Below are positions 25,701-38,801 of a stretch of 64,000 nt of DNA, piece after piece. The stretch is from Aplysia californica (taxonomy: Eukaryota), in NCBI RefSeq assembly GCF_000002075.1, contig NW_004797483.1:147258-211257 (forward strand). Direction: 5' to 3'. Below the pieces are notes generated by a model, which was given only the letters and a program-made list of their open reading frames with translations, was not told the DNA's origin and did no database searches. The translations under genes and the position numbers were made by a program. Numbering within the stretch: position 1 is the stretch's first letter; each line of letters opens with the position of its first letter.

Positions 25701-28700
25701 TGGAGACGCTGACAGAGCAGACGAAGAGCTTCCAAGACATGCTGGCTGCCCAGGTAAGGATTAAAGGTAGAGCTGTGAGGAAGATAGGAAGACGACTGTG
25801 TTGGTAGTGGGATAGAAAGGAGGGATGGTGCCAGCTCTGGTGGTTGAGATATGTGTTCCGCATTATAAATTCAGGCCTTTTAGAGTGCAGTCAAAATTGT
25901 CCAAGACGACCACCCATTGTTTAGGAGAAATTTGTCGTCTTAGACAGGTGGACGTCTTTCACAGTACCATTACATCATTGAAAAAACTCCAGGTGAGAAG
26001 TGAACATTTGTACAGGTGATTGTCTTGGACTGGGGGCCGTTAAAGCAGCTTCGGTTGTAGTTTTAAATAGAATGCTACAGAATAAATATGGTATTTGTCT
26101 CTTCTGGGCAAGTTTGCTTCAGTTTCCAGAATGGTTTGCAATTTGCAAACGGATGAAGTTAAGCACAATGAAATCTAAGCTTATGAAAAAACCTTATGAA
26201 ATGTAAATTCTTTTTTAAAAAAACAACCCATTGCATAAAGGTGCTTACTTGCCGTGAAATAAAAATGGATCTTTTAATAGCTCTCAAGTTCTATAAGATG
26301 CAAAAAATAGTACATGATTTGATGACTTTGCCTATAATAAGCTCCAGGTGAACTCAGTTTCTTTGTCCATGAGGCCATCACAAGATATGAATTAAAAGTA
26401 TATATGTCTTCCTCACAATATTATTGTTAATGGTAACTTTGTCTGTAACAGACCTCAGCTGGGGTTATGTGAAATACGAATTTTTCTTGATTTCCAGCAA
26501 GCTGAACGTGAGGAAGAACGAGAGAAGGAAAGGGCAGAAGTGGAAAGACAGATTACGCAGGCTTTGGAGGCAGCAAGACAGAAACAGGAGGTGAGCTCAA
26601 ATAGTAACTCCTCTTGTCTTCAGTGCCTGATTTCTTTTTTTTCCTTTTTTGGCTTTATTGTGTCCTTTTCTGATTTTGATGAATGGCAAGTTATATTTTT
26701 TTTAAAAAAGGATGAGATCTCTACTATTCAAGAATTCAACAATAGCTCCTACTGATACTGACAGAGTAAATGCTTTGATTTTTGAGAGAGGTGATTTGAG
26801 TTTCTTTTTTCCTTTTGTGGAATGTTACCATAGTCCCAAGGGCATAAGTGCGTACGATCATGAGCTTGCCAAAGTCATATATACATTATCACAAAAAATA
26901 ACACCCGTGTATTCTCATGAGCACTTCAGCACAAGAGTGTTTTTAAATATAATCCCCCCCCTTCCCCCGTAAATGACCCAAAGAGAAAATTTTGTTCTTG
27001 AAATGGTGAGAATATCTTGTCTTTTTTGTTTCAGGAGCAGTTTGAAGCCTTCCTCCAGGCGGAGAGAGAGAAGCAACGCAAGGCTGTGGAGGAAGCGGTG
27101 GAGGTACCAATATGAAATCATTTTTTAACTTTATAGTAGTCTGTGATTCATCTTTCTGCTCTCCGCAGTGTGACAGTCTTGGACCTTAGGCTGGGATTTC
27201 CACCTGTCTCATGCTTTCTACTTGGGAGAGATATTCTTGGACCTTTGGGGTCTGAATTGGTCTTTTTAAAACTAAATTTCAGATAGGTTAACTCAAAGTT
27301 GTAGGACAGGGTCATTTGACTTGAATGCAATAATTCAAGAAATTTGCCATATCCTCAGTTTTACTGTTGCTTACTGTCAAAAGGTATAGGCTACTCATTG
27401 TAAAAGTTTTATGCCACCATGTGCACATTAAGTTGTTCAGTAACAAAGTGCTTTGGTCCTGCCTGTCAGGTCCTTAGCGAAGTGCATAGGACACTATCTA
27501 GCAGAAAGACTGAGATTTTGGATAAAATATGTTCCCTGTATTAGTTAAAACTCATGTTACTGGTGTGCAAGACTAAAACTAGGAGCTTAAAATGCACCCT
27601 GCCACATGAATTCCAAATCCATATCACTGCAAAGTGTTCTGGTAGTTTGAAGATACCTTGCAAAGTCCTTTCGCCTTTATGATCCCTCTTGTTAAAATAG
27701 CATCTTTTTGCCAAGGCATCTTTTTAGTTTTCTTACCGTCTTGATCAGTTAAATGTTAGTAAAACTGTACAGAGTTAGTGGGGAGAGAGAGAGAGATACT
27801 TTACTTTACTTTTCCTATCCTGTGGCCATCTGTGTTCTAGCCCTTTGGCCTGTCGATATGACAAAGAATACAGAGAGAGAGATTGAGGGAAGGATAATTC
27901 TTTATATTATTGTAAAGCACTTTGAGCTCTTTCCTAGTGGAAATGCACTATATAAATGCAATTTATTGCTATCGGTATTATCTATTTTTCAGGGATGCTG
28001 TTTTTTTTGTTATTTCCATTGTTGTTTTTCCCCGCTATTTTGGGATTCGTCCGTTCTTAAATCCATTTTCCGTTCATTGGATCCATTCTCAATTAATCAC
28101 GCAAAAATGGTTGTGCGGAAAACCGATTTTCTGTTTTGTTCCATATATGGACAGAGTGACACGAGGATCTATATTTTTAATCAACAGAAATACACTCGCT
28201 GAATCAAAATTAGTATATTCAACCTGATGTTTAGGTGCGATTTCAAATGTAGGCCAGGCCTAGTCTTACATACCCAGTCTCAAAAAAAAATTTCATTTAT
28301 TTTTTACAAAAATCGAGTGGCATCCCTGATTATTCTGCCTTCCATGTTTTCCCCCAGTGTTAAATGTAAGCTATCACTATCATGCTTCTATGTGTTTTTG
28401 TTAGTCTTGGACAAACTACATAATATGTCTGTAATGTAGATATGTTTCCTTTGTGAATTCATTTTTGTTATCCTTTTGTTCTGTCATCAGGCAGAGAGAG
28501 TGGCGAGTGAAGGAAGGTTGCAGGAAGCCATCGCTGCCCAACAGGAGCAGGCTCGCACACAGCTGGAGGCTCTCAGGGTAAGCTGATGCTTTATTGCAAA
28601 AAACTCCTCAAAAACAAACAAAAACAAAACAAACTNNNNNNNNNNNNNNNNNNNNNNNNNNNNNNNNNNNNNNNNNNNNNNNNNNNNNNNNNNNNNNNNN

Positions 28701-31700
28701 NNNNNNNNNNNNNNNNNNNNNNNNNNNNNNNNNNNCTGGTAGTTTGAAGATACCTTGCAAAGTCCTTTCGCCTTTATGATCCCTCTTGTTAAAATAGCAT
28801 CTTTTTGCCAAGGCATCTTTTTAGTTTTCTTACCGTCTTGATCAGTTAAATGTTAGTAAAACTGTACAGAGTTAGTGGGGAGAGAGAGAGAGATACTTTA
28901 CTTTACTTTTCCTATCCTGTGGCCATCTGTGTTCTAGCCCTTTGGCCTGTCGATATGACAAAGAATAGAGAGAGAGATTGAGGGAAGGATAATTCTTTAT
29001 ATTATTGTAAAGCACTTTGAGCTCTTTCCTAGTGGAAATGCACTATATAAATGCAATTTATTGCTATCGGTATTATCTATTTTTCAGGGATGCTGTTTTT
29101 TTTGTTATTTCCATTGTTGTTTTTCCCCGCTATTTTGGGATTCGTCCGTTCTTAAATCCATTTTCCGTTCATTGGATCCATTCTCAATTAATCACGCAAA
29201 AATGGTTGTGCGGAAAACCGATTTTCTGTTTTGTTCCATATATGGACAGAGTGACACGAGGATCTATATTTTTAATCAACAGAAATACACTCGCTGAATC
29301 AAAATTAGTATATTCAACCTGATGTTTAGGTGCGATTTCAAATGTAGGCCAGGCCTAGTCTTACATACCCAGTCTCAAAAAAGATTTTCATTTATTTTTT
29401 ACAAAAGTCGAGTGGCATCCCTGATTTTTCTGCCTTCCATGTTTTCCCCCCAGTATGTAAGCTATCACTATCATGCTTATGTGTTTCTGTTAGTCTTGGA
29501 CAAACTACATAATATGTCTGTAATGTACATGTGTTTGCGTTGTGAATTCATTTTTGTTATCCTTTTATTCTGTCATCAGGCAGAGAGAGTGGCGAGTGAA
29601 GGAAGGTTGCAGGAAGCCATCGCTGCCCAACAGGAGCAGGCTCGCACACAGCTGGAGGCTCTCAGGGTAAGCTGATGTTTTATTGCAAAAAACTCCTCAA
29701 AAACAAACAAAAACAAAACAAACTCACTAACGTCGCTTCTATTTGTCATCCAATAAATAATTGTGGTTTAAAAGTAAAATGATACATAAATTTTGCTTTA
29801 TTTTTGTTTGTGTTATTGTTTGTAGTGTGTTCTGAACAAAGAATAATGGGGTGTAAGCTCAACCAACAACTATTTTTATTTTTCTGTCGTCTCCAGGTGG
29901 ATTACTCCCAGCAGCTGGAGGAGGAACGACAGAGTCATGAGGCAGCACTACGCACCGTCAGGGAGGAGGAGAAAGAACTCGCAAAGGTGGGAAAAAAAAG
30001 GACAATCAATGCCTGAGTGAATATACGATGCTAGCTACAACTTTTGTAATGTCTCTTGAATATATTTATTTGTCTTAATGATTATAAAAATGCTGAAGGA
30101 ATAACAGCAGCTGTTCTCGTCTTTATATATTTATACTTTTGTGAACTCATTACAGTAGTCTCCGCCGAAAGGCACGGCACTGGGGAGGGCTCCTAGCGTG
30201 TGTTTATATGGAGCGTGCGTTTTCATGAATCAGAGTAAAGGGAGGAAGGGACACAGTCATCTCATTGCCTTGATATTTTAGACATCTCCCTTGAAGGGGG
30301 GGGGGGGTACTTTGGCCGATTATGTTATGACACGTGACTGTTTTGTGAAGGATTCCCCGACTGCGGTATACAAAGGCGTTGAATAGGTGGGTGGGGGGAG
30401 AGAAAGACAGGCTCAGTGTAATGGTATGCACCTTAAAATGTGGGGAACAGCCTAAGAGGAAACTGTTGGTGATAGTCATAGAGATGACTGCCCAGCCACG
30501 TGGCTTTCCTAGCGACCACCCCCGACTGAAATTCATGGACGACATCAGAATCATAGATTTCTACTTTCAGAGAAACCTTTATTTTGTGATTCGTTGAACA
30601 AGTACATTATAAATTCTTCGAGTGCAGCTGATTAGGTTTACTTGACTAATCTTTAATCCTGGTTTTCAAGGCTTTTCTTATATATGCAAGCTGTGCAGGT
30701 TGTCGTGGAAATTTCCCCTTGTAAAGCTTTACCTGTGGGCATGTTTTGCGGATCGAAGCTTGCGTTTAGAGGGAGTGACAGTGTGTTTGCAGTTTGCACG
30801 TCTAAATTAAATAGTAAAAAATCCGTCAGATGACGAAAGCGTGCGTTTGAGCGGAGCATGCTTTTGTATGGTGTGCGTTTGTGTGGAGACTACTGTTTAT
30901 ATTTATACTTTATGCACTAAAAAATGATGTTCTCAGCGAATTGATGCTGTTCCTAATGATTCGTTTTTTCTGTTAGAGACTGTTGTTTCAGTCAGCTTCC
31001 TAACAAAGAGTGATTGTTCTTGATCACCCCCACAGTTATACTACAACTCATAGTGCATCACAATTATTCTGTTGTAATGGATCTTTCATGCTTTTCAGGG
31101 GTCTGAAAGGTGCAGTGGTAGGTCCTTCTTTTCTGTGCCTTTTTCCGTTTCTGTCTCTCTGTCTTACTTTTCCCCTGCACTAAATGACTGTTACTATATC
31201 AATGTGCATCTTTTTACTCAAACTCAAAACTCAACTTTTGTGGTCTCTGTTTGTGATTTAGGAACAACTGTCGGAGTTAGGCAGAGAGGAGCGAGAACGG
31301 AGGAGGGAGGCGGTGCAGACAGCACTGTCAGAAGCCCGGCAGGACACACGGGCGTACATCGAGGAACAGAGACAGGTTAGTCCATTTTGGTGCTTGTGCT
31401 CTGCCTATGTGTTCACGAGAGTGTGTGTGTGTATGTGTGTGTGTGAGTGTGTATGGGATGTCCTTCATTTTGCCACAATAACTTGGTATTTGTTACCATC
31501 TTTTGTTGGGGGAGGGAGGGGGGTATCAGTATCCCTTTACAATCCAACAATCAATTATGCCTGTTAACCTCTTTTACAGGGAGAGGGGGCGGGGAGTTGA
31601 TTTCAGTGTCGGTTTATAATCAAATTATATAGTCTTTTGCATTGTATATTGAACCCTTAGCTTCCCTGCTGGTACAAACGAAATGTCAAGTCAAGCGGTA

Positions 31701-33340
31701 GAGATCTACTTTTTTTCCAGGAACAGAATCGACAGAAATTACTTGTATGAAATAATTTTGTTCAATGCAGAATGATAATACAGTGGAATCCACTTATAAC
31801 GAGTCCTGAAATAACGAGAAGTTTGTTATAAAGACACTATTCTAAAACCCAGTTTTTTTCCCTTCTTTATCTTTGTAAATAAAATACTGCTATAGCGCAA
31901 TCAAACACAGGAGTCAATTTTAGCGGAATATAGCTGCTGCTGTGCGCAGCGCATAGGCCATTTATTCATATATGCAAAACCTTGCCGGTTGAGAAACTTG
32001 TTGGTTATCTTGCGAAACAAAGAACGTGTGCCAACAATGAAGGCTGGATCGAATGAGTGGGGAGAGTGTGACATGCACAGACAAGCAGAACGCATCGTGT
32101 GATAGGCCAGCCTAGTCTAGATTATCTAAGCCAACCCTGCCTCTCTCCGATGTGGGGATGGAGAGGTCTAGTGCTGTACTGTGATGGACGGAGTGAATGT
32201 GTGACGTGGGCGGGATGTAGTATGTTCCCTTTGTGCGCAAGCAGACGGAACGCACCACAAGGTGTGGTATGGTGGGGAACAACACAGTAGGCGAGTTAGC
32301 CTAGAGAACTTTCTTTCTGATCGCCAACACCGAGCTGTCAACATCGCTAGCGCTAGAGAAAGAAACTTGAATCGACTTTTGATCAAGTAGAACTTAAAGG
32401 TCATGTTGAACCAAATCATCATCAGGGGAGATTACAAAAAGAAATAAACTGAAAACCAGACTCATAGATTAGGCCTGCTTTACTATTTCCCTTGAATTTA
32501 TTACTGGATGCCTTATAACGAGAATCTTGCTATAACAGACATTTGGCACCGGTCCCCTTCTTCTCGTTATAACAGGATTCCACTATATAAAAATGTTTTT
32601 TCGCCATTTAAAAGTGATTTGACCAACTGAATATTTTGTGTTGGGGATTTGAAAACACTGTGCCCCAAGTTTTAAATGAAAACTTTTATTGCAGATGTCC
32701 ATAACATCCAACTCTCAGTTTTTTGCTGCAAAGTCATGAATGTAAAATGTCTTAAGTGCATATTTATACGGAGCATCGATAGGTTTTAACACCGCTGTCT
32801 CTGTTGCCAGGCACGTAAAGTAGGGACACCTGAAAATGTGCAGGAATTTACATTTTAAGAAACTGCCCAAATGATACTGCAGGTTCCATGCCACTGATTC
32901 CTTTAATGTGTCTTGATGCCTGAACACATTATTTTTCTTCTTTTTTTTTTAGTTTAGTTTTAGTAAAAGTTTTACGGCACTTTGAAATACAAATACAAGG
33001 AATAAAAGGGCCAAAGGTTAGAGGTTTTATGAGAGAATTACATACAAAGAAAGGGAGAGGTGAGGATGACCAATGTTTGATCAGAAAGAAGAAACGAAAC
33101 ACACGAGAGTGCCTACCAACGCCCACTTTTTTTCCTCAAAATTCGTCCAAAATTCAATGAATGTAACTTAATTTATTGAACCTTTTCCAGGCTGATGCCA
33201 GGGTGCGGAGGCGACATCTTGCAAGTCTTGACGTGTTTCTGGAGTCGTCACGGCAACAGATCGCTCTGCTCCTCGAGGCTGAGAGGCCAAGGGCCGATGA
33301 TGCGGAGCAGAGACAAGAAGAGGAAAACAAAGATTCCTGA
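14438..33340 (+). CDS. CCDC91: Coiled-coil domain-containing protein 91 (p56, GGA/AP-1 ear-binding TGN accessory protein), 14 coding exons, 541 aa
   Basis: In-frame GT-AG exons: 14438-14461, 18894-18935, 19598-19673, 20136-20311, 21216-21632, 22923-23024, 23488-23565, 25646-25753, 26498-26590, 27035-27103, 28491-28577 (duplicated at 29580-29666), 29897-29986, 31262-31375, 33191-33340 (1626 nt). The N-terminal EEDDDFGDFGGFEGAE matches the CCDC91 DDDDFGGFEAAE signature. A long E/Q/R coiled coil follows, and the C-terminal RRRHLASLDVFLESSRQQIALL resembles vertebrate RQRSLSSLELFLSCAQKQLSAL. Exon 1 is the least certain. Confidence 0.88.
15128..15512. mobile_element. MITE with 23-bp TIR and 9-bp TSD (Mutator/MULE-like)
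   Basis: TIR gcactcctgtacaattgcggtcc / ggaccgcaattgtacaggagtgc; GAATCCTGT is repeated at 15119-15127 and 15513-15521. Confidence 0.85.
15588..16039 (+). mobile_element. MITE family A, copy 1
   Basis: Ends tgaggtattttggtgagatcaggcgctcttcaaa / ttgacaagcgcctgattccactgcgtcgtgacaca; internal similarity to 21877-22311 and 51310-53597. Confidence 0.75.
16110..16640 (+). mobile_element. tRNA-derived SINE family B
   Basis: A box TGGCCTAGAGG, B box GGTTTGAATCC, core GCACGTTAAAGATCCC and tail atatgactttatgcagttgcgagcgccgtaaaacact(AAAC)n; second copy at 6219-6759. Confidence 0.85.
18984..19221. mobile_element. MITE
   Basis: TIR aggtgtgctgacaaaa..atgagttgcttctcg / cgagaagtaactcat..ttttgtcagcacacct. Confidence 0.75.
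19385..19568 (+). mobile_element. Tc1/mariner-type MITE
   Basis: TA-flanked, with degenerate CAGT-type ends and repeated caagac..cacctg units; a related inverted copy lies at 25888-26059. Confidence 0.6.
21877..22311 (+). mobile_element. MITE family A, copy 2
   Basis: tgtgaggcatcgtggtgaaatcaggcgctcgtcaaaat ... aattgacaagtgcctgattccaccacatcacgacaca. Confidence 0.8.
22340..22440 (+). pseudogene. Decayed intronic copy of the 3' end of CCDC91 exon 5 plus its donor region
   Basis: gtgatggtcagagtgctcaacaaaatgctgtgtagaagagagctttgcaggaggcgaataagttttatgtg parallels 21579-21660; the donor GT has become GC and a TAG has appeared. Confidence 0.8.
22620..22800. repeat. (CT)n with CTGAG interruptions plus poly-C
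   Basis: Seen directly. Confidence 0.9.
24026..24872. mobile_element. Tigger/pogo-like (Tc1/mariner) MITE
   Basis: TA|CAGTGGAACTCGGGATTCAACGAG ... CTCGTTAAATCCGAGTTCCACTG|TA, with subterminal ctcgttgaatccg repeats. Confidence 0.85.
25888..26059 (-). mobile_element. Tc1/mariner-type MITE related to 19385-19568
   Basis: cagtcaaaattgtccaagac ... acaggtgattgtcttgg is the reverse complement of the 19385 copy. Confidence 0.6.
27639..29723 (+). other. ~1 kb near-identical direct duplication flanking a 100-N gap (probable uncollapsed haplotypes)
   Basis: 27639-28635 is repeated at 28736-29723 with a few SNPs/indels. Each copy abuts the gap exactly, and both include CCDC91 exon 11. Confidence 0.85.
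31781..32585. mobile_element. Tigger/pogo-like MITE
   Basis: TA|CAGTGGAATCCACTTATAACGAG ... CTCGTTATAACAGGATTCCACT(A)|TA. Confidence 0.8.
32948..33125 (-). mobile_element. Short repeat family C, copy 3
   Basis: Same conserved blocks as copy 1. Confidence 0.7.
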
Positions 33341-36300
33341 GGGATAAATGTAATGTTGAGTGGGGTACCGGTGGAGAATTATTGACTGTATAGTTCGAGC
33401 TGTTTTTGTGGTGTCTATGACTATGAGAGAGAGAGGGAGTTGATGTGAGCATGAAAAATATTGTAAAAATGTGATTGTTTTGAGATGAAGAGAGAGTATG
33501 TGTACACGATGCACATATGTGCGTATGTAAGTATCTGTGAATGAGTGAATGGAATGAGAAAAACATACAATGTTATGAGGGAAGACTTTGTTGCTTTCTT
33601 TCTTTCTTTCCCTTTTGAAAAAAAATATATATCTGGAGGAAAAAATATTTATTCTTGCTTGTTTTCAGGGACTGTCATAAAATACTTGTAGTTTTGAATC
33701 TCCAGCGTTTGTTGCGGAAGAGAATGAGCATTCTTTGTGAACAAACAGCATTTTACATTTTGTGTAGCTTCTTTTTCCTTGCAATACGGCGGGAATGGTG
33801 CATAATTAAAGGTATTCATGATGAAATTGACTTCCTTGCGTTAATTCAATCATTTTTAGGACTTTAGTTGTCTTAGTCTGTTCCTTATTACTGTAGAATT
33901 TCTAAAGTCTGTGACCCTTAAAATATTGATCAACAAATTATATATTGTTGAGTTGTCATTTAGCGGAAGATTATATGTCCGGTGCTTGTTTCAATCGTTC
34001 CTGCACTCTATGCAGATGTGGGGAGAGACTTGCAGCTCGTTTGGAAAGCTCACTCAATACATCGTGTTACAAAGCATGAGCATACTTCTAAATCTGTTTA
34101 CAAGGATGGCAGGTCTTTTAAAATCGAGAATATAAAGCTAAGGGCAGAAGAGTGTCTGTTTGCGTAATAGTAATAGTGAAATGGAGAAGCTCAAGTAATG
34201 GAGTCAATAGTGAACACAAGCTGCACAGAGATCATCAAGCAATGATTAAAGATTATTGTCTTTGTTGAGATCAGTAGCCACAGGATTGAATTTGTCCAAG
34301 AGAACCTAATGTATGAATTAGTTATGTGTTTCACTGGAAAACACATTTCCTAACAGATCCATATAACTCGATCCCTTTTCACTCTCTCTTACTCTACATC
34401 TCATTCAAAGTATACTTTTTACCATCTTGAATTTATCCTGTTAGCACAGATACCATAACAATCCTACACGTCTTCTGACATGATGTGCACCCTGTGGAGT
34501 ATAATCACATTGAGACTAGCCCATGAAAAAAGATTAACGTTCAATTTTCTTCACTCATTTTGAGAAGCAGGCTCAAATAGAGTTGCTCATTTTTCTTGAG
34601 CATCAATTAAATGTATATCAGGGGAGCCCAGTAGCTCAACATCCTGGAAGTCTGGAGTTCAATCTACACAGCCTTTGTTTTTTTTTCTTATGATTTCTGC
34701 ACCTCCTGATCCTAAGATAAGTAGGATTTTAAGGATCTAGTTTTCTTTGATAAGGACAACAATTTTCACAGTGGAAGTTTTGCTCTTTTCCCTCTCAACA
34801 GTTCTTGGGTTTTGGCCAGTTTTTTAAGGTAAAGAGGGTGGAATTAGAATTAAAAATCCTATCAATTCCAGTGAAGGTCAACACAATAAGTGTTTTATAT
34901 CAATGGAAAGGTTATTGGAGGCACTTTGATTTGATACAATAATTATGTGTGTATGATTTTTCTTTGGCATATGTGACCTACTTACTTGGTATCCAAAAAT
35001 AGAAAAAATGACTTTTTTTCTCATCTTTACGTTACATAGGCAAAGAATGAAAAACAAATTTGTTTTCAACAAAATTGATTCCATTTCTTGTTTATATCAA
35101 GGAACATTCGATTTTACAAAATACACCAAAAATTTGAATAATTTCAGGCCAATTAGTGGAGATGACAGCCTATTACTTTTAGTACCATGACCTACTTTTT
35201 CAAATTTGAAATGCTAACAAATAGTCCGATTGCTTTAAAAATTATTATAAAATTGTTAAGGCTCCTATGACTGTGGTATTTTACCTAAAAAGTAATGCAT
35301 ATTGGGTAGGTATTGATTTTAGACACAAATCAGAGACTTCACTTGATTAATTTGCATATATTTGACCTACTTTTCAGATTTCTATAAATAGAAATACAGA
35401 ATATTTCACTAATATTGTTAGAGGGGCCTCCCTTTGGCTCTTAGACATCACAATTCGAGCAGCATACATTTATCTGACCTCTGGGTCCATAAATATAGCC
35501 TATATAGGTGAATTCTTTTGTTCTTGCTTTGATCTTTGTAGAAAAGAAAGTAATTCAAGATAGCAGACTGATGAGAATGATTTAGGTAAAATGCAACACC
35601 CATTTAACGTATGAAAAAAAATAATTTTCCAAATTGTTTTGGGGGTAATTCACCAGAATCAAGTCGACACTCTATGTAGAAGCACCAAAAGGGATAAATT
35701 AGACCAAAATATGAGATTTATAGCCTTCCAAAACCATCAAACATTTTTGTTCGATTTTTAAAGGAAAGAACTGTTAAAGTTAAAGAGTTAAGTTTAAGAT
35801 TCCTTGGCAGTTCTTAAATGGAAAGAGTAGACCCTTGGGACTGTCATCCAGGCAAAATTCAAAATTAATTCTAACTCAAATTCTGAAGCCTCGCTTCAGT
35901 CAGTGTGAACATTTGATTAAGAGTACGTTCAAAAATGTCATATGGCTGCCTGTCAAGCAAGGACTGATTTTTAATTTTATGTCATGTTCTATGTAAATTT
36001 TTAGAAAAGTCATGTACGTAAAAATCCAAATGCAGTGAAAGTTGAAGATTTTACAGACAGTTACCCCTAGAGCTCTAGCATGGGGACGAATAAAAAGAAG
36101 AAAGTTTCAAATGTAGTACATCTTGATATTTATGATAGTTCTATTCCCTACCCTCAGAACATTTTATTACACGAAATCTGTAACAAACATAGTCACACAA
36201 CAAAACAAGAACAAAGGCAAAATCTATTCTCAAAACAAGATTTATTACAATCATCAACCTTGTCTATCAGACTTGGGCCAGGCCTGTCAAATACAAAACT

Positions 36301-37798
36301 AGTTGTCTTAAATATCTGCAAATGTTGTTGAAAAATATAACAAACACGAAAAAAAAAAAAACCCAACGAAAAAACAGGTAGTGGAGAAAATACATGAACA
36401 CTTCATGTACATGTTTGTACAATACACAGTAGGGAGTGTTTGTTCCTGCACGCCGCAGACAGGCAAGACAAGATGAGTGGCATTGTCAAGGGCAGATCAT
36501 TCACATCGTCTGTTTTTTTTGTTTTTTTGTAAGAGTATAATGCCTTACTAGGCACAAAAGGTCATTTTGAATGCGGAGCACTTGGCCCTGAGATTAGCGA
36601 AAAGGTGTCGGAAGGGGGGAAAGATAGAGATAAGGTAACAAAGAAATGATAACACCGCATGTACAGTGAAGGGGTGAAGTCCCACGAGAACAATTTCACC
36701 TTCCACTATAAAAGCTTTAAAAAATAACACCCGCAGGAGAGCACTGGATCTTCCTCTTTTCCCTGAACCCACGAGGAGGGGAGGTAACAGATAACACGCT
36801 GTATACAATCTTTCTGACATCCCTGAGTGCAGACTTTATTCCATGAGTGTATTTGATGTATGATCACTACCTGCACCAGAAACACATCTTATTCAATAAT
36901 GAGGGAAGAAGTGGAGAGGAAGACTGAGCCATTTTATAGCCTATAACATTAGGTAAATCAACAGCAAAAGCTGAGCCTCTGTATTTCAACACAGCTGCTC
37001 GGTTTCCAGAACAGAATAAATGTATCATGGACCAATAAAGACATTCTAAAATGCTGTTCCACAGAAACCTGTCCAGCATAAAAAGCATTGATTATAGCAC
37101 AACATTTATTTATTTTTTAAAAAAATCATTCAACTTTACTTATAATTTGTTTTGGGGATAATAAGATATGTTCATATCATATGGACCTAGAATGAACCTT
37201 GCATTCACTAAACCAGAACTCAACAAAACCTCGTCCTCACTGAGTGAAGTAAGAATCCATTTTTTCCTTTACATTAAATATCCCTTCATCCTGAACATGG
37301 TGGGCCTATTTTGGATGGACGTTTAGACAAAACTATCAGTTCACATGTTCATATTCATATTCGTTAAGGTTTTTCTTTCACCGGAAACCTCTGATTCACC
37401 CAAAACATGCATTCAACCAGTCAATTTTTAAATTGGAAGCCAAGTTCAGTATCAGTTGCATTAAAACATGTTAACATTTTGGAACGAGGAAATTTGTTTT
37501 TGTTCAAGACAATTTTTAATTAACATCTTTATTTTAAAAAAAAAGCAATATCAGCTGTCTCAAAACATTCTGATTCACCAACATCCTTGCACATCATGAA
37601 GTTACTTCCACAGAGCTTGTAAGTAAGAAAATTATGCTGTCAGAGACAGCAAACCCCCCCCCCCCCCCCCCCCCAAAACAAGGAATAAGTACAAAGAAGT
37701 AAAATTAAGATACTTCTCTGAAAGCTAACACAAGATATGGTGCATAAAAAAGAGGGGTAAAAACAGATGTCAAGATGTTCCCTTTTCGAGCCCAATCT

Positions 37799-37981
37799 TT
37801 TCAGTTTTAGTAAGAGTTTTACGGCACTTGCAACACAATAAGGTCATATAAGTGCCAAAGATTAGAGGGTTTACAAGAGAGTAACAAACACAAAAAAGGA
37901 GAAGAAATAAGGACGATAGATGTTTGATAGGAAAGAAGGAGCAAACCACACCACAGAACCCGCCAACCACCCACCAGCCCA
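37799..37981 (-). mobile_element. Short repeat family C, copy 4
   Basis: Best-preserved copy: tttagtaagagttttacggcacttgcaacacaataaggtcatataagtgcc ... aaccacaccacagaacccgccaacc. Confidence 0.75.
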
Positions 37982-38801
37982 ATCTACCTCAAGTGTTGTT
38001 GCCAAAATACTAACAGCCGAACATCTCCCAGAATGGAGGAAAAGACACCAACATCTGTGCCAATCCTGAAAATGGAAAGGAACAGAACCCTACACTACAC
38101 TGAAGCTCACCTCAAACACACACGCACAAATGCTCCAACAAAGACACATACACACCTCCTTCAACATCAACACACTCATACTTCTGAACATGATATACAC
38201 AGCAAGCGGCAATCCACAACAAAGAGTGCTACACTACAATGGGCAAACTCAAATATTATGTTGAGGCATCCTGCAAACTATACAGCCAACCCAAGATGTT
38301 CCCTTACATACAAATAAAGCCCAACTCTGTTAAATATGATAAACTATCTCATAGAAGTTCTCTCTCTGCCTTTTGCTTCAGGATTTTCAGATTTTAAAAA
38401 ACCCATAAGTTCCATGAAAAAGTTATTATCAAAACAAAAAATTAATCAGCAGCCCTTTACACCACTACAAGCAATAGCTCTGAACTCTAAAATAGTCAGA
38501 TAACCTCCTGTTTCAGCCTCACAGTTCATAAAACAATCTTCAGGAAAAAACCCAAAACACACCAATTTCAAAGTTCTAAAAGGAAGATTTAAATAACAGC
38601 CACAGCCCCAAACGTCGACTCCTCAACAATTTGTCTTCAAATATCTGTTTTTGATTTTGATACCAAACAAATAAGCCAGGGCCGCCAAGTAAGGATCCAA
38701 ATGTGGGAGGCAAAACCTCTCGACATAAAGAGGCCAAAGGATTGTGAGAAAAAACAGTGACAAACACACATTAGACCGTGTGCACAAGATGGCAATGTCA
38801 C

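Noticed and set aside
33168-33566. Antisense ORFs over the CCDC91 last exon
   Set aside because: Shadow ORFs with no independent coding signal.
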